Below are positions 1 to 9,296 of a stretch of DNA of 64,000 bases, piece after piece. Below the pieces are notes generated by a model that had not been told where the DNA came from, made no database searches, and saw only the letters and a program-made list of their open reading frames with translations. The DNA is from a virus, in the IMG/VR virus record IMGVR_UViG_3300017788_001394, positions 39,293 through 103,292 of that record. One strand, written 5' to 3'. A program made the translations under genes and the position numbers. Position 1 is the stretch's first letter, and every line of letters begins with the position of its first letter.

Positions 1-942
1 TAATCCGTGAATCTTAGCATTAATAGCATCTTTGCCGCCTGCGAAATCTATAAATTTCCATATCTGTTCTGTCTTAGGATCTTTGTTCCACCACTTGTAC
101 ATACGGCCAGCAGTCCAACAACAGGGCAACGCTACTCCCTCTGCTGTAATAAACAAACTACCTTCGTCTTTAACTTTACAACGAATGGGAGTTTGTTGGT
201 AGTAAGCATCCATACTACCATATTTTATTTCCAACATTGATTGTTTCTTTAATGCACTGTTTACATACTTGTCGTCGGGCTTTTTAAGTTCAGTTGTTTG
301 ATTGCCACGACGATCAATTGCTTGATGTGATTCTTTTTTCTTGCTGTCCTGCGTAATAAATCTTCCGGTTTTTTTAGCAACAAACTTTTCAAAGCCCATT
401 GTTTGTGCTAGTTCTTCTGCTTCGTCTACTTGATGTTGGTTGTGTTCAAATATAAGGAAGTCCCATCGAGCTCTGCCGCCTGCTGCAATAAATGCTTTCA
501 TGTTACGATAAACAGTATCCCAATTAACACCTTGACGATATAAATGATTTGTATCACGTAGCCCATCTACACTAAAAATAACTGTGCCTGCTCTTCCAAG
601 TACAGCGGCAAGTTCTTGCCACCATTCAGTATCACGAGCACCTGCGTTAGTATTCATGCTTAACCACATGTTAGGGTTATGTTCTCTAAAGTATTTAAAT
701 ATTTCAAGTGTATCTCGTGCAATAATAGGATCACCTAAATTGCCACACATATACATTGTTTTAAGTTGACCGATAAACTCTGGCTCAAATATACGTTTAC
801 AATCTTCAAGTGTTAGCTCGCTTAAATCGATATGAGGATTTAATGCGCCGCCGTTTTGATTGCGGTCACACATTGGACAACTGGCTTGACAGTTTTGTGT
901 TACTTCTAAGTGTATGGTTTTTATGTTTTCGAAAGTGTACAT
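1..942 (-). CDS. Radical SAM protein with C-terminal SPASM-like domain (3' end runs off the window; absent from ORF track)
   Basis: Manual translation from ATG at 942: MYTFENIKTIHLEVTQNCQASCPMCDRN (CxxxCxxC)...MCGNLGDP...FSVDG...RCKVKDEGSLFITAEGVALPCCW. Frame is open to position 1. Confidence 0.9.
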   Translation of the reverse strand, partial: MYTFENIKTIHLEVTQNCQASCPMCDRNQNGGALNPHIDLSELTLEDCKRIFEPEFIGQLKTMYMCGNLGDPIIARDTLEIFKYFREHNPNMWLSMNTNAGARDTEWWQELAAVLGRAGTVIFSVDGLRDTNHLYRQGVNWDTVYRNMKAFIAAGGRARWDFLIFEHNQHQVDEAEELAQTMGFEKFVAKKTGRFITQDSKKKESHQAIDRRGNQTTELKKPDDKYVNSALKKQSMLEIKYGSMDAYYQQTPIRCKVKDEGSLFITAEGVALPCCWTAGRMYKWWNKDPKTEQIWKFIDFAGGKDAINAKIHGL

Positions 943-967
943 TCAAATATATCTACTTTTGTGTTTC

Positions 968-975
968 TATAAATA
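968..975 (+). promoter_or_regulatory. T4-type late promoter motif TATAAATA
   Basis: Exact T4 late consensus 25 nt upstream of ATG 1001; a gp55-like gene lies in the window. Confidence 0.55.
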
Positions 976-1000
976 CTTATCTAAATTATAAAGGTACTTA

Positions 1001-1330
1001 ATGAATTATTATCACATCTGGGCCGATCCTAAGGAAGGCGTCGAGGCTAAAGATTTTGCAGTAAAAATGCGTAAGTTCTTGGATCAATTGGTTTCGATGG
1101 GTCGTATGCATTCTTATAAATTAACTAGGATGAAATTGGGATTCAGGAGCATTGACTTACCAGAATTTCATGTTATAATGGAATTTAAAAATATGCAACA
1201 GTTAGATGACGCAATGACTTCTGTATTAGAAGATGAACAAAACATCGAGTCTGTTCATGTTGCATTTAATCAATTGGTGGATAGCGAAACTATACATCAC
1301 GCATTATACAGGGATTATCCAGATGAGTAA
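1001..1330 (+). CDS. DUF6614-like small ferredoxin-fold protein
   Basis: YHIWAD...YKLTRMKLGFR...PEFHVIMEF...QLDDA pattern recalled for DUF6614. Confidence 0.6.
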   Translation: MNYYHIWADPKEGVEAKDFAVKMRKFLDQLVSMGRMHSYKLTRMKLGFRSIDLPEFHVIMEFKNMQQLDDAMTSVLEDEQNIESVHVAFNQLVDSETIHHALYRDYPDE

Positions 1331-2507
1331 AGTAAATAGTTGGGATGAATTTCAACCATTGGAAGAATTGTTAGTAGGAAGTGTATACAACAGCGAATTC
1401 TTCAATGAAGTTAAAAATCCAAAAATACGCAGTGCATTAAAAAAGATCATTGACGAAACACAAGAAGATCTTGAATACTTCAAAACTCAAATGCAAAGTC
1501 ATGGCATTAAGGTGTATCAGCCTAGTCCTACAGAACTAGGATACAAGTCTAGTATCATGGACTACGTGAACGAAAACGGAGAGCTTGGATATAAAAGAAA
1601 CGTAGGCGGATCGTTTTTTACCACTGGTGTTAGTGCAAGTTTAATTCCAAACCCGCCGCTACAGCCAAGAGATGATAGTATTGTAATGGGTAACAAGATA
1701 CTAGTCACCGACCCCAACACATATGCTATTAAGGCGCTGTTGCCGAAATTTGAGGAATGGTTCGGTAAGGAAAATATCGACACTTCAATGAAGAAAGAAA
1801 ATGTTCAGTTACCAAGAAGCGAAAAGAATCTTAAAAACTACTTGACCAGAAACAATATTGCTGTAACTGATGAGAATCTCGAAGCTGCTAAAAAGATAGA
1901 AACATTGGGCGGATTTTGCAGTCCAACACTAACTAGGATTGGCAAAACCTGTTTAGTAGATACATGGCAAGTACCTACAGTAGTAGAAGATTTCTTAAGT
2001 GTAAAAGTTCCAGAGTTTGATTACCGCAAGATTACAATCGGCGGTCATAATGATAGTATTTTTAGCGTGATTAAGCCAGGTGTATTGGTAGCAACAAGAG
2101 AACTAGAACCTTACAAGCATATTTTTGAAGGCTGGGATATTATTTGGTTTGATGATCCAAATTGGAGTCATGTTAGACACTGGCTGGATCTACGTGCTAA
2201 GAATCGTGGCAAGTGGTGGGTCCCTGGCGAAGAACAAAACGACGAGTTTACTTCGTTTGTTGAAACATTCCTTAGTAACTGGACTGGTATGGCCGAAGAA
2301 ACTATATTTGATGTTAACTGTTTGGTTATCGACGATCAACACGTTGTTGTTAATAGCGAAAATCCTTATCTGATTGAAAACCTAGAAAAGCATAACATGA
2401 CGCCTGTTATTTGCCCACTGAGACATAGCTTCTTTTGGGATGGCGGATGGCATTGCTTGACACTTGATATTAAACGCAGAGGTGGACAAATTGACTACGG
2501 AATTTGA
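1323..2507 (+). CDS. Amidinotransferase (glycine/inosamine-phosphate amidinotransferase superfamily)
   Basis: VNSWDEFQPLEELLVG N-terminus, PRDD, GHND and C-terminal DGGWHCLTLD (catalytic Cys). Likely start is ATG 1323, overlapping the upstream stop. Confidence 0.85.
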   Translation: MSKVNSWDEFQPLEELLVGSVYNSEFFNEVKNPKIRSALKKIIDETQEDLEYFKTQMQSHGIKVYQPSPTELGYKSSIMDYVNENGELGYKRNVGGSFFTTGVSASLIPNPPLQPRDDSIVMGNKILVTDPNTYAIKALLPKFEEWFGKENIDTSMKKENVQLPRSEKNLKNYLTRNNIAVTDENLEAAKKIETLGGFCSPTLTRIGKTCLVDTWQVPTVVEDFLSVKVPEFDYRKITIGGHNDSIFSVIKPGVLVATRELEPYKHIFEGWDIIWFDDPNWSHVRHWLDLRAKNRGKWWVPGEEQNDEFTSFVETFLSNWTGMAEETIFDVNCLVIDDQHVVVNSENPYLIENLEKHNMTPVICPLRHSFFWDGGWHCLTLDIKRRGGQIDYGI

Positions 2508-2979
2508 AGCATATATGAAAGAATGGATTTTAAACGATCTTTCATCTCCTGTTGCTGCATTAAATAATTTTTCAAAATGCCCGTATGCTAAAACAGCATT
2601 TTTAGAAAACAAGGTGCGGTTCGTGGACGGTAGCGCAAACTTATATGCTGTAGTGGAGAAAGTTGTAGCACACTGGGATGACCAGCTTACAGAAGTTGTT
2701 GTTATACACCTGGGTGATAGTATATCATCTGATGATATAGAAACAACAGTAAACGCATTAAATCAACAGTATATGCCCGAAGATTTTATTTTCCTTGACG
2801 ACCATGTGGAAAACGAAGAACGTATGCATGACGTTGTTTTCAACAATGGAAAGTATAATGTTCTGTTTTTACAACAGAAAAGCAAACTAGATTTAGCAGC
2901 CAAAAAATTAGAAAAGCTAGGCTATTATAAGAATTGGACTAAAGAGTACTACGACGAAGTTGTAAGTTGGCGATCATAA
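2464..2979 (+). CDS. Hypothetical protein, DUF1415-like (CPYAK motif); start may be 2491 or 2515
   Basis: NNFSKCPYAK motif and GYYKNW C-terminus. Confidence 0.5.
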   Translation: MILNAEVDKLTTEFEAYMKEWILNDLSSPVAALNNFSKCPYAKTAFLENKVRFVDGSANLYAVVEKVVAHWDDQLTEVVVIHLGDSISSDDIETTVNALNQQYMPEDFIFLDDHVENEERMHDVVFNNGKYNVLFLQQKSKLDLAAKKLEKLGYYKNWTKEYYDEVVSWRS

Positions 2980-3402
2980 CGGTCCTAACAATTCAAAGCC
3001 ATCTATTTTACTTTTATATTCGTCGGCGCCTCCTAAGTATAGATACTTAAACCCTAGTTCTTTATAATAAGCACATTCGATTTTTAAACTACTGATGCCT
3101 AGTCTTAATTTAGGATTTTTATAATCCCATGCAAACTGTATTGCTTCTACATTTTCGTTATCATATCGTCTTAATATACTAAATCCTACTAATTGATCGT
3201 TATCATAATATCCGATAATATCATTGTTTTTATCTGTAAACTCGCTATCAAATATAGGCATTACACTTCTAAATTTTTTATAGTTACAGTATTCTCTATA
3301 TAAGTTTTGTAACTCGCTAATTTCAAAATCTTGTATAGTTAATAAGCTATAATTGCCTAGTTTATTGTAATTGGTTTTACTTAAATCAATTCTCGCATAC
3401 AT
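2974..3402 (-). CDS. Aminoacyl-tRNA-protein transferase C-terminal (ATE_C/Bpt-like) GNAT-fold protein
   Basis: LGISSLKIECAYYKELGFKYLYLG...YKSKIDGFE resembles the LG..S...EI..A...G..YLYLGY......YK motif of ATE_C. Confidence 0.65.
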   Translation of the reverse strand: MYARIDLSKTNYNKLGNYSLLTIQDFEISELQNLYREYCNYKKFRSVMPIFDSEFTDKNNDIIGYYDNDQLVGFSILRRYDNENVEAIQFAWDYKNPKLRLGISSLKIECAYYKELGFKYLYLGGADEYKSKIDGFELLGPL

Positions 3403-3438
3403 ATCTATTCCAATGATAGTTTCATACTTTTAATAAAA

Positions 3439-4086
3439 TCATTTATTTTCATCCGTATTGTTGTCTGGAGGTGTCAATAGTGCGGTAAGATGGTCATCCA
3501 GCCACCATCGATCTGCAGGTTGTATGTATTTTTCATTGGCATCTTGCTTTAAAATTTCTTCAATTTGAGGATCGTCCCATGCTATCGGAAAATCCAGCCA
3601 ATGTGACAAACTTTTCACGTATTGCTGCTTATAAAGATACAATAATTCCTGACTGATATAAAACGGAGGTATTTTTATATTTTTTAAAAGCTGTGGCATG
3701 TTGCCCCAAGTAGGACCGCCACGAAGTCGTGTTTGTTGATGTGTTAATATATTTTTATCCCTACCAATAACCACCAGTTGTGTATCGATACCGACATCCT
3801 CTAATTTATTTATAAAATCAAATACAGGCGGTACTTTAGGCAACCAGTTTTCGATATAAGGATTCGAAATACTTGTTACAGCGTATTGTTTACCTCCCAT
3901 TATGTTAACATCAATTTTATCTATATTATTCCAGTAATAGTTAAACGGTTCTTTATAATGTGGTATAAAATAACCGTCGGGTTTAAGTGCATCTTTCCAC
4001 CCATGCACATCTTTATGTAAACTAAAAATTTTACCAAATAAATGATTCCCAGATCCTTGTGGACCTACTAATACAATCATCTTCAA
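3439..4086 (-). CDS. P-loop/sulfotransferase-like protein
   Basis: N-terminal VLVGPQGSGNHL and downstream VVIGRD, matching the PAPS-binding loop layout. Confidence 0.5.
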   Translation of the reverse strand: MKMIVLVGPQGSGNHLFGKIFSLHKDVHGWKDALKPDGYFIPHYKEPFNYYWNNIDKIDVNIMGGKQYAVTSISNPYIENWLPKVPPVFDFINKLEDVGIDTQLVVIGRDKNILTHQQTRLRGGPTWGNMPQLLKNIKIPPFYISQELLYLYKQQYVKSLSHWLDFPIAWDDPQIEEILKQDANEKYIQPADRWWLDDHLTALLTPPDNNTDENK

Positions 4087-4107
4087 TTTTCGATTCCTTT
4101 GAAAATT

Positions 4108-4144
4108 AAAATACGGCTACATATCATTATGCAGCCGTATTTTT
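4108..4144 (-). terminator. Intrinsic terminator downstream of the symporter (possibly bidirectional)
   Basis: AAAATACGGCT-ACAT...ATGC-AGCCGTATTTT inverted repeat with A/T tails. Confidence 0.7.
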
Positions 4145-4159
4145 AATATAACAATTACT

Positions 4160-5638
4160 TTACTGTGAATTTGAAATTAATTCAGTGGTTTTGCTTTTGT
4201 TAACAGCCGTAATCAGACTAGCTAGTATACCTGATCCGAAGATTGCTATTAGTGTTCCTGCCATAGTAAATGCAGCACCACCACCAAACTGTTGACCATA
4301 TACAAACATTGGGAAACCTATAATGAATGCAATCACAATGCCCCAAAACATACCATGCTCGCTAATCAACTCAGGCTTCCATAGATGTAACATCATTGGC
4401 CACCATACTGTTGCTCTCATCACACCAAAGAACAAGAAAATTGTCAACAGTGTCATTCCGGGCCAGTTTGCGATTACAAGAGCCATAGTAGCTAGTGCTA
4501 GCATACCACCTCTTGACCATTTGATATTAGCTGCTTCGCTGCTGTCGTTACTAAACTTGTTTTTGATGTCATGTCCTACTAGTGATGCAGCACTATTAAG
4601 TTGACTGTCTAATACTGCAACAAGTCCTGCAAGCAACATGAACAACACAATAAGCACTGTCCAGCTTGGCAAGAAGCTACCGATGGTAATAACTGTAGTC
4701 ATACCTACCAGTTCTTTTGGAATTTCTAAGCCAGCGCCTGCAGCAACAAATCCAAGTGAACCGATCATCAAAGGTACAAATACGAAGATAAATGCGCCGC
4801 CGATGAATGCATGTTTGATGCGATCTTGCTTAATAGCAAACGCTCTCTGGTAGAATCCGTTATCGCCCCATGGTGCACCAAGGTGTCCAAGTGCAGTACT
4901 CATACCTACTGCCATAAACACACCAAGCGCAAAATCGTTAACTAGGCTTGCACCATTGCCGGTTATACCGCCAAATCCAGTTGTTAGTATTGCACTACCA
5001 CCTGCTGCACTCCATGCCCATGGAATAACAACTATTATACCTGCCCACAATACTACGATTTTAAAAATTTCAGTAATAACGGACGCTTTTAATCCGCCAC
5101 GCAGTGCATATAGCAGTGCGATGCCTGCAAGTGCAATTGTTACAAAGTGATAGTTGATGCCAGTGATGGTTTGAACTGCCTGCGAGCCTGCAAGTGCGTT
5201 GATTGCAAATGCACAGCTAGCTAACATCCAAAGTTCTAACAAGAAGATATTTTGCACACGGCTGCTAAACTTTTCTTTAATATAGCCTGGTAACGTAAAG
5301 CCCATCGGCTGACTTGCTCTAATTTTATGAACAAATAATCCAAATATAATTAAACTTAAGAAGTTACCTATAGTAAACCAAAATAGCCCAGCAATGCCAT
5401 TCATGTATGCCATTTGAGCTGAAATAAACAGTGCTGGTGCCCATGCCCATGCTGCTGCAGTACTCATTGCCCCTGCTAATCCGCCGATTTCACGACGTGC
5501 TACTAAGAAGCTTGTTTTGTTGTCCGCATAGCCTTTAACATACCAAGCAGTTAATGCAAAGACTATTAAACCATACAGTCCTACTAATAACCATCCGGTG
5601 GTTTGGTCGAATAGCGGAAATAATGTTGTTAAATCCAT
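4160..5638 (-). CDS. Sodium:solute symporter (SSS family, PutP/DUR3-like)
   Basis: About 13 hydrophobic segments; FLVARR, STAAAWAWAPALF, YALRGGLKASVITE, YQRAFA, LDSQLNSAASL. Confidence 0.85.
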   Translation of the reverse strand: MDLTTLFPLFDQTTGWLLVGLYGLIVFALTAWYVKGYADNKTSFLVARREIGGLAGAMSTAAAWAWAPALFISAQMAYMNGIAGLFWFTIGNFLSLIIFGLFVHKIRASQPMGFTLPGYIKEKFSSRVQNIFLLELWMLASCAFAINALAGSQAVQTITGINYHFVTIALAGIALLYALRGGLKASVITEIFKIVVLWAGIIVVIPWAWSAAGGSAILTTGFGGITGNGASLVNDFALGVFMAVGMSTALGHLGAPWGDNGFYQRAFAIKQDRIKHAFIGGAFIFVFVPLMIGSLGFVAAGAGLEIPKELVGMTTVITIGSFLPSWTVLIVLFMLLAGLVAVLDSQLNSAASLVGHDIKNKFSNDSSEAANIKWSRGGMLALATMALVIANWPGMTLLTIFLFFGVMRATVWWPMMLHLWKPELISEHGMFWGIVIAFIIGFPMFVYGQQFGGGAAFTMAGTLIAIFGSGILASLITAVNKSKTTELISNSQ

Positions 5639-5639
5639 T

Positions 5640-6377
5640 TTATTCTCCTTTAATGTATCTATATACTACTCGTTCGGCCGGTGTAGTTACATCGCCAAAC
5701 TCCACTCTTTTTAACTGCTCGTAGTAAGGCTGTTGAAGTGTTTTTCTATATTCGAATACTTCATCAAACAATTCATAATCACAAACTTCCCAAGAAAGAA
5801 AATTAGAAATTTTATCAAAAAACTCTGTTGGTTTAGAATGATTAACATCGTACATGTTAACACGTAACAGGTTTGCATTGTTGTATTCTTTATTAAACGA
5901 CCCCGCTGCAATATCTGCTCTGAGCCTGACGAGCAAGTCGTCTTCATCTGTAGCTTCTATCATCCCATACCAACGTGCTTGATCCATTGTTGGTTCATTG
6001 CGAAGGTATCGCATCAGATGTTCTTCTACTGTAGTGCATTCTAGTAAAATCATCTTATCGTTATTTTGTAAATTACCAATGGCAGTTTCTATACTAGGGT
6101 TTAGTTTTTCTCTAACACCTACAGGCCAGCCTGCGTATATGTTATAGCCCCACAGCTTTTCTTTTGATCTTGACAAATCCATCATTGCAATAAAATTGTC
6201 ATTGTTTTGTATTTTACAGTAAGTAACGTATTTGTGCCCACTACCGTCTGGTAGCAAAGGATTATCAGTAACTACTGGTTGATGCTTTTTGCGTTCCGCA
6301 CTAAATCTATCAACTACCCAACTTAAAAAACTGCCATATGCACCAGGTTGATATGCAAGGCAAATTAATTGTGTCAT
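5640..6377 (-). CDS. Hypothetical protein, possible degenerate P-loop/sulfotransferase fold
   Basis: N-terminal LAYQPGAYGSFL Gly-rich loop; AGGAG RBS upstream. Confidence 0.4.
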   Translation of the reverse strand: MTQLICLAYQPGAYGSFLSWVVDRFSAERKKHQPVVTDNPLLPDGSGHKYVTYCKIQNNDNFIAMMDLSRSKEKLWGYNIYAGWPVGVREKLNPSIETAIGNLQNNDKMILLECTTVEEHLMRYLRNEPTMDQARWYGMIEATDEDDLLVRLRADIAAGSFNKEYNNANLLRVNMYDVNHSKPTEFFDKISNFLSWEVCDYELFDEVFEYRKTLQQPYYEQLKRVEFGDVTTPAERVVYRYIKGE

Positions 6378-6404
6378 TTTAAATATTTCTCCTGTATGTC
6401 ATTG

Positions 6405-6433
6405 AAAAACCCCTGCCAGATTAATAGCAGAGG
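6405..6433 (-). terminator. Terminator-like hairpin in the leader of the 5640-6377/symporter unit
   Basis: Minus strand CCTCTGC-loop-GCAGGGG followed by TTTTT. Confidence 0.55.
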
Positions 6434-6533
6434 CTAAAGTTATACTACCATTTTATTTGATAGAGAAACAACGAACTTACTGTTAGTAGCGTTGTTGCTT
6501 CTGTGTTAATTATATAGTGTTTTATTTATTTGG

Positions 6534-7211
6534 TTATTTTTTCGACCAGACAAAATACAACCGATTGTTATGATCGTGTTTAATGTCAATGACATCAACG
6601 CCAAAGTAGTCTGCACAGTTAATAATAAAGTTACTATTCCACGAGTAAAAACTAATCCATCGGCTTTCGGGTGGAGTATGCTGTACACCGGGATTTACTC
6701 TGAAAAATAGCTTTCCTTTAGATGCAGTTAACGATACTGCTTTTTCTAGTTCAGTAAAGATTTTATCAGTGCTACCAAAGTTAATACTACCTAGTGCTAA
6801 TACAACATCGTATTGTTGACTAGTTGTATAATCAGCAATTTTACACTGTATGTCGGCATGACTGTTGTAAGGATCTAAGCCTGTCAGGTTATTAATTTTA
6901 CCTTTGAATTCGTTGTAACCACAACCAATGTCAAGCACCGAGCGTGGTTTTAATGAATTGACTTCTTCAATTAGCTTTAATCCGCTATACTTAAACTTCT
7001 TCATTTCAGGTTGCCATACTTCACTAAAGTATCGACCTAATACTTTGTCGTCGATTTTTTCTACCAACTCGCCTATGTTGCTAAAACTTACATTGTCGAC
7101 CCATATATCAAACGTTCCGACGATTGCTTGCTGCAACTTTGCAGGATGTCTGAGCAACTGAGGGTTAGTTTGCAGCATGTGTTCTACTGCTTCGAGGATT
7201 TTATGATTCAT
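6534..7211 (-). CDS. Class I SAM-dependent methyltransferase
   Basis: VLDIGCGYN, GLDP, YDVVLALGSINF. Confidence 0.8.
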   Translation of the reverse strand: MNHKILEAVEHMLQTNPQLLRHPAKLQQAIVGTFDIWVDNVSFSNIGELVEKIDDKVLGRYFSEVWQPEMKKFKYSGLKLIEEVNSLKPRSVLDIGCGYNEFKGKINNLTGLDPYNSHADIQCKIADYTTSQQYDVVLALGSINFGSTDKIFTELEKAVSLTASKGKLFFRVNPGVQHTPPESRWISFYSWNSNFIINCADYFGVDVIDIKHDHNNRLYFVWSKK

Positions 7212-7248
7212 TTACTAATATTTCTCACATTTCAGACATATTAAAATG

Positions 7249-7276
7249 ATTATAATATTATTATAATCGTTGTCAA
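7249..7276 (-). promoter_or_regulatory. Sigma70-type promoter TTGACA-N16-TATAAT overlapped by an inverted repeat
   Basis: Perfect hexamers on the minus strand; palindrome GATTATAAT-att-ATTATAATC at 7248-7268. Confidence 0.6.
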
Positions 7277-7500
7277 TCATTATTATATAATATTATCACT
7301 GCTTTACCTGGACCTGCCATTGAAGGCAAATCCCCATACTCTGTTACATACCATTCTATTACTGCACGATACCATTTTTGACTGTCATGGTGTGCTAATT
7401 TATTAAAACGGTGTATATTATTGTTTGTTGCTTCTATACAAGATATAGATTTTGCTGCTTCGATTTGCAGTTCACGTAACGATAAACTATTTATATCCAA
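7273..7500 (-). CDS. Hypothetical protein (75 aa)
   Basis: ORF overlaps the stop of the upstream gene in operon orientation. Confidence 0.55.
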   Translation of the reverse strand: MDINSLSLRELQIEAAKSISCIEATNNNIHRFNKLAHHDSQKWYRAVIEWYVTEYGDLPSMAGPGKAVIILYNND

Positions 7501-8572
7501 TTCTCATAAACCTCTTATATTTTTCTAACTGCAATTCTCCAGAATATAACACTTTCTTCATCGGAGTATGTGCTGTAAAATCTTTTAGATTATCATAACA
7601 ATTAGTGTGCATTTCTAAATCGTTAAAATCATTAGCCTGTAATACTAGCAGTTTATCTTTTGGTAATGCACGGTACCAACAATCGAACTTTGCAATGTGT
7701 TCGCAACTAGTATTAATTATCGTATCTGGTGTATCGAACAAATGACAGATAGATCCATTTGTTCGTGTTACAAGATAACTGTGTCCTTCATACTTTATGT
7801 TGTGTATATCTTCAATTGTTGCTTGAAATTTCCAATTGTCGACTACCCAAGGCTTGTTAAATACGTTAGCAACGTGCGAAGTAGCAGGGTCAATATCAAA
7901 ACTTCTTACTTTGCTTAACTGTATGTTATTCTCGAACAACATAACAGATAGTATTCCATACCATCCTGCACACAGAAAAACAGTACCTAAGTCAATATTG
8001 ATTTTTTTTATTTCTTTTATTAGCCAGATTTTACTTTGTAACTGACCTCTACTAAAGCAATCTTTATCAAATACAATATTATTTACAAATAACTTTTTAA
8101 AGGCATTTGTAAATTGTGTAGAAGTGTATTGATCTAAGATATTCCACAATTTCCATACGTTTTGTTCTATTATTAGCTTACGTAATTCGTCGTTGCCAAT
8201 TATTTTAAAAATACTTCGTAAATTTTTGTTTACAATTGCAGTACGATATAAATTTACAGTATCATCTTCTTCATCATACAACCTGAATAAGCTATATAAG
8301 TTTTTTTCTATTACTGCACGTCTTAGATCGTCACTATGACCTCCAGTAACTGGAAACTGTTCCATTATTTTAAAAATTGCATGTAAGTTATCATCAATCA
8401 CAGCACGTCTGATATCCGAATCTGCATTGCATAACCTAAAAATACTACTAAGGTCACGGTCTATATATGCACGCCTCAAGTTATTCAATGCAGCATTGTC
8501 GGGATATAACAATTCATATCTATCTAATATCTCATGTGTTTGTAAAGGAAAAATATAGTCAGACATTGACAC
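7487..8572 (-). CDS. SAM-dependent methyltransferase-fold protein with N-terminal helical repeats
   Basis: FSRGQLQSKIWL, CAGWYG, SFDIDP, INTSCEH; five LRRAV..xNL..IF repeats at the N-terminus. Confidence 0.65.
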   Translation of the reverse strand: MSMSDYIFPLQTHEILDRYELLYPDNAALNNLRRAYIDRDLSSIFRLCNADSDIRRAVIDDNLHAIFKIMEQFPVTGGHSDDLRRAVIEKNLYSLFRLYDEEDDTVNLYRTAIVNKNLRSIFKIIGNDELRKLIIEQNVWKLWNILDQYTSTQFTNAFKKLFVNNIVFDKDCFSRGQLQSKIWLIKEIKKINIDLGTVFLCAGWYGILSVMLFENNIQLSKVRSFDIDPATSHVANVFNKPWVVDNWKFQATIEDIHNIKYEGHSYLVTRTNGSICHLFDTPDTIINTSCEHIAKFDCWYRALPKDKLLVLQANDFNDLEMHTNCYDNLKDFTAHTPMKKVLYSGELQLEKYKRFMRIGYK

Positions 8573-8574
8573 AG

Positions 8575-9288
8575 TTAATCTTCGCCGACTGTTTTTTCAA
8601 ATTGATTATGCAACCAGTCGAAGTTATTAATCTTTTTCAATGATTTTAGATCGTTACGATAATAAGATCCAAACTCACGACCTTGATTGGCACCCATAAC
8701 ACAATATTCGCCATATGGTCTGTCACGTCCACGACTACACCAAATGTTTAATCTATATTCATTGTCTATGTTATCACCGTTCGGAATAATACTACTAGAA
8801 AGTTTAGCACATTCTCTAAATGCACTTTTCCACGTTTCGAAAGGATTGGTATTGAATGCAGTAATATTACTAATTTGGAATTTAGGAACAAACGAACAAC
8901 CAATTGTAGTTGTCATATCTACATTCCATTTTTTAGCTTTCAACAGTTCTTTACGTGGAAACAGTTTAGCACCGCCGTAACCGTAGACTAAATCGTTTAC
9001 AGGATTTCTACTGCGCCAAACATATACGCATTCTGTTTCAGGAACATGCCCATACTCTAATTTACGTGCATTTGGCCTAAAGCTGAATTTAAAATCTTCT
9101 TCTATAATAGCATCGGCATCAATGACATAAAAATGACTAGTTTCTGCAATCTCTGCTGCTGCCCGGTGTGCATTAAAAATACCTTTAACTCCTTGCACTT
9201 GCTTGGCATATGGTGCAAATAATTTTAAGTATTCAAAGTTTTCAGCGGCTGTTTCTTCAAAGTAGCTAATTTGTATAACGTCTAGCAT
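8575..9288 (-). CDS. Glycosyltransferase-like protein (GT-A fold)
   Basis: GVKGIFNAHRAAA, YVIDADA (DxD), NPVNDLVYGYGGAKL, WKSAFRE; paralog of 35072-36049. Confidence 0.7.
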   Translation of the reverse strand: MLDVIQISYFEETAAENFEYLKLFAPYAKQVQGVKGIFNAHRAAAEIAETSHFYVIDADAIIEEDFKFSFRPNARKLEYGHVPETECVYVWRSRNPVNDLVYGYGGAKLFPRKELLKAKKWNVDMTTTIGCSFVPKFQISNITAFNTNPFETWKSAFRECAKLSSSIIPNGDNIDNEYRLNIWCSRGRDRPYGEYCVMGANQGREFGSYYRNDLKSLKKINNFDWLHNQFEKTVGED

Positions 9289-9296
9289 ATTCTTTT

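Noticed and set aside
7-1001. Short plus-strand ORFs (7-240, 584-769, 810-1001)
   Set aside because: Antisense shadows of the minus-strand radical SAM gene at 1-942.
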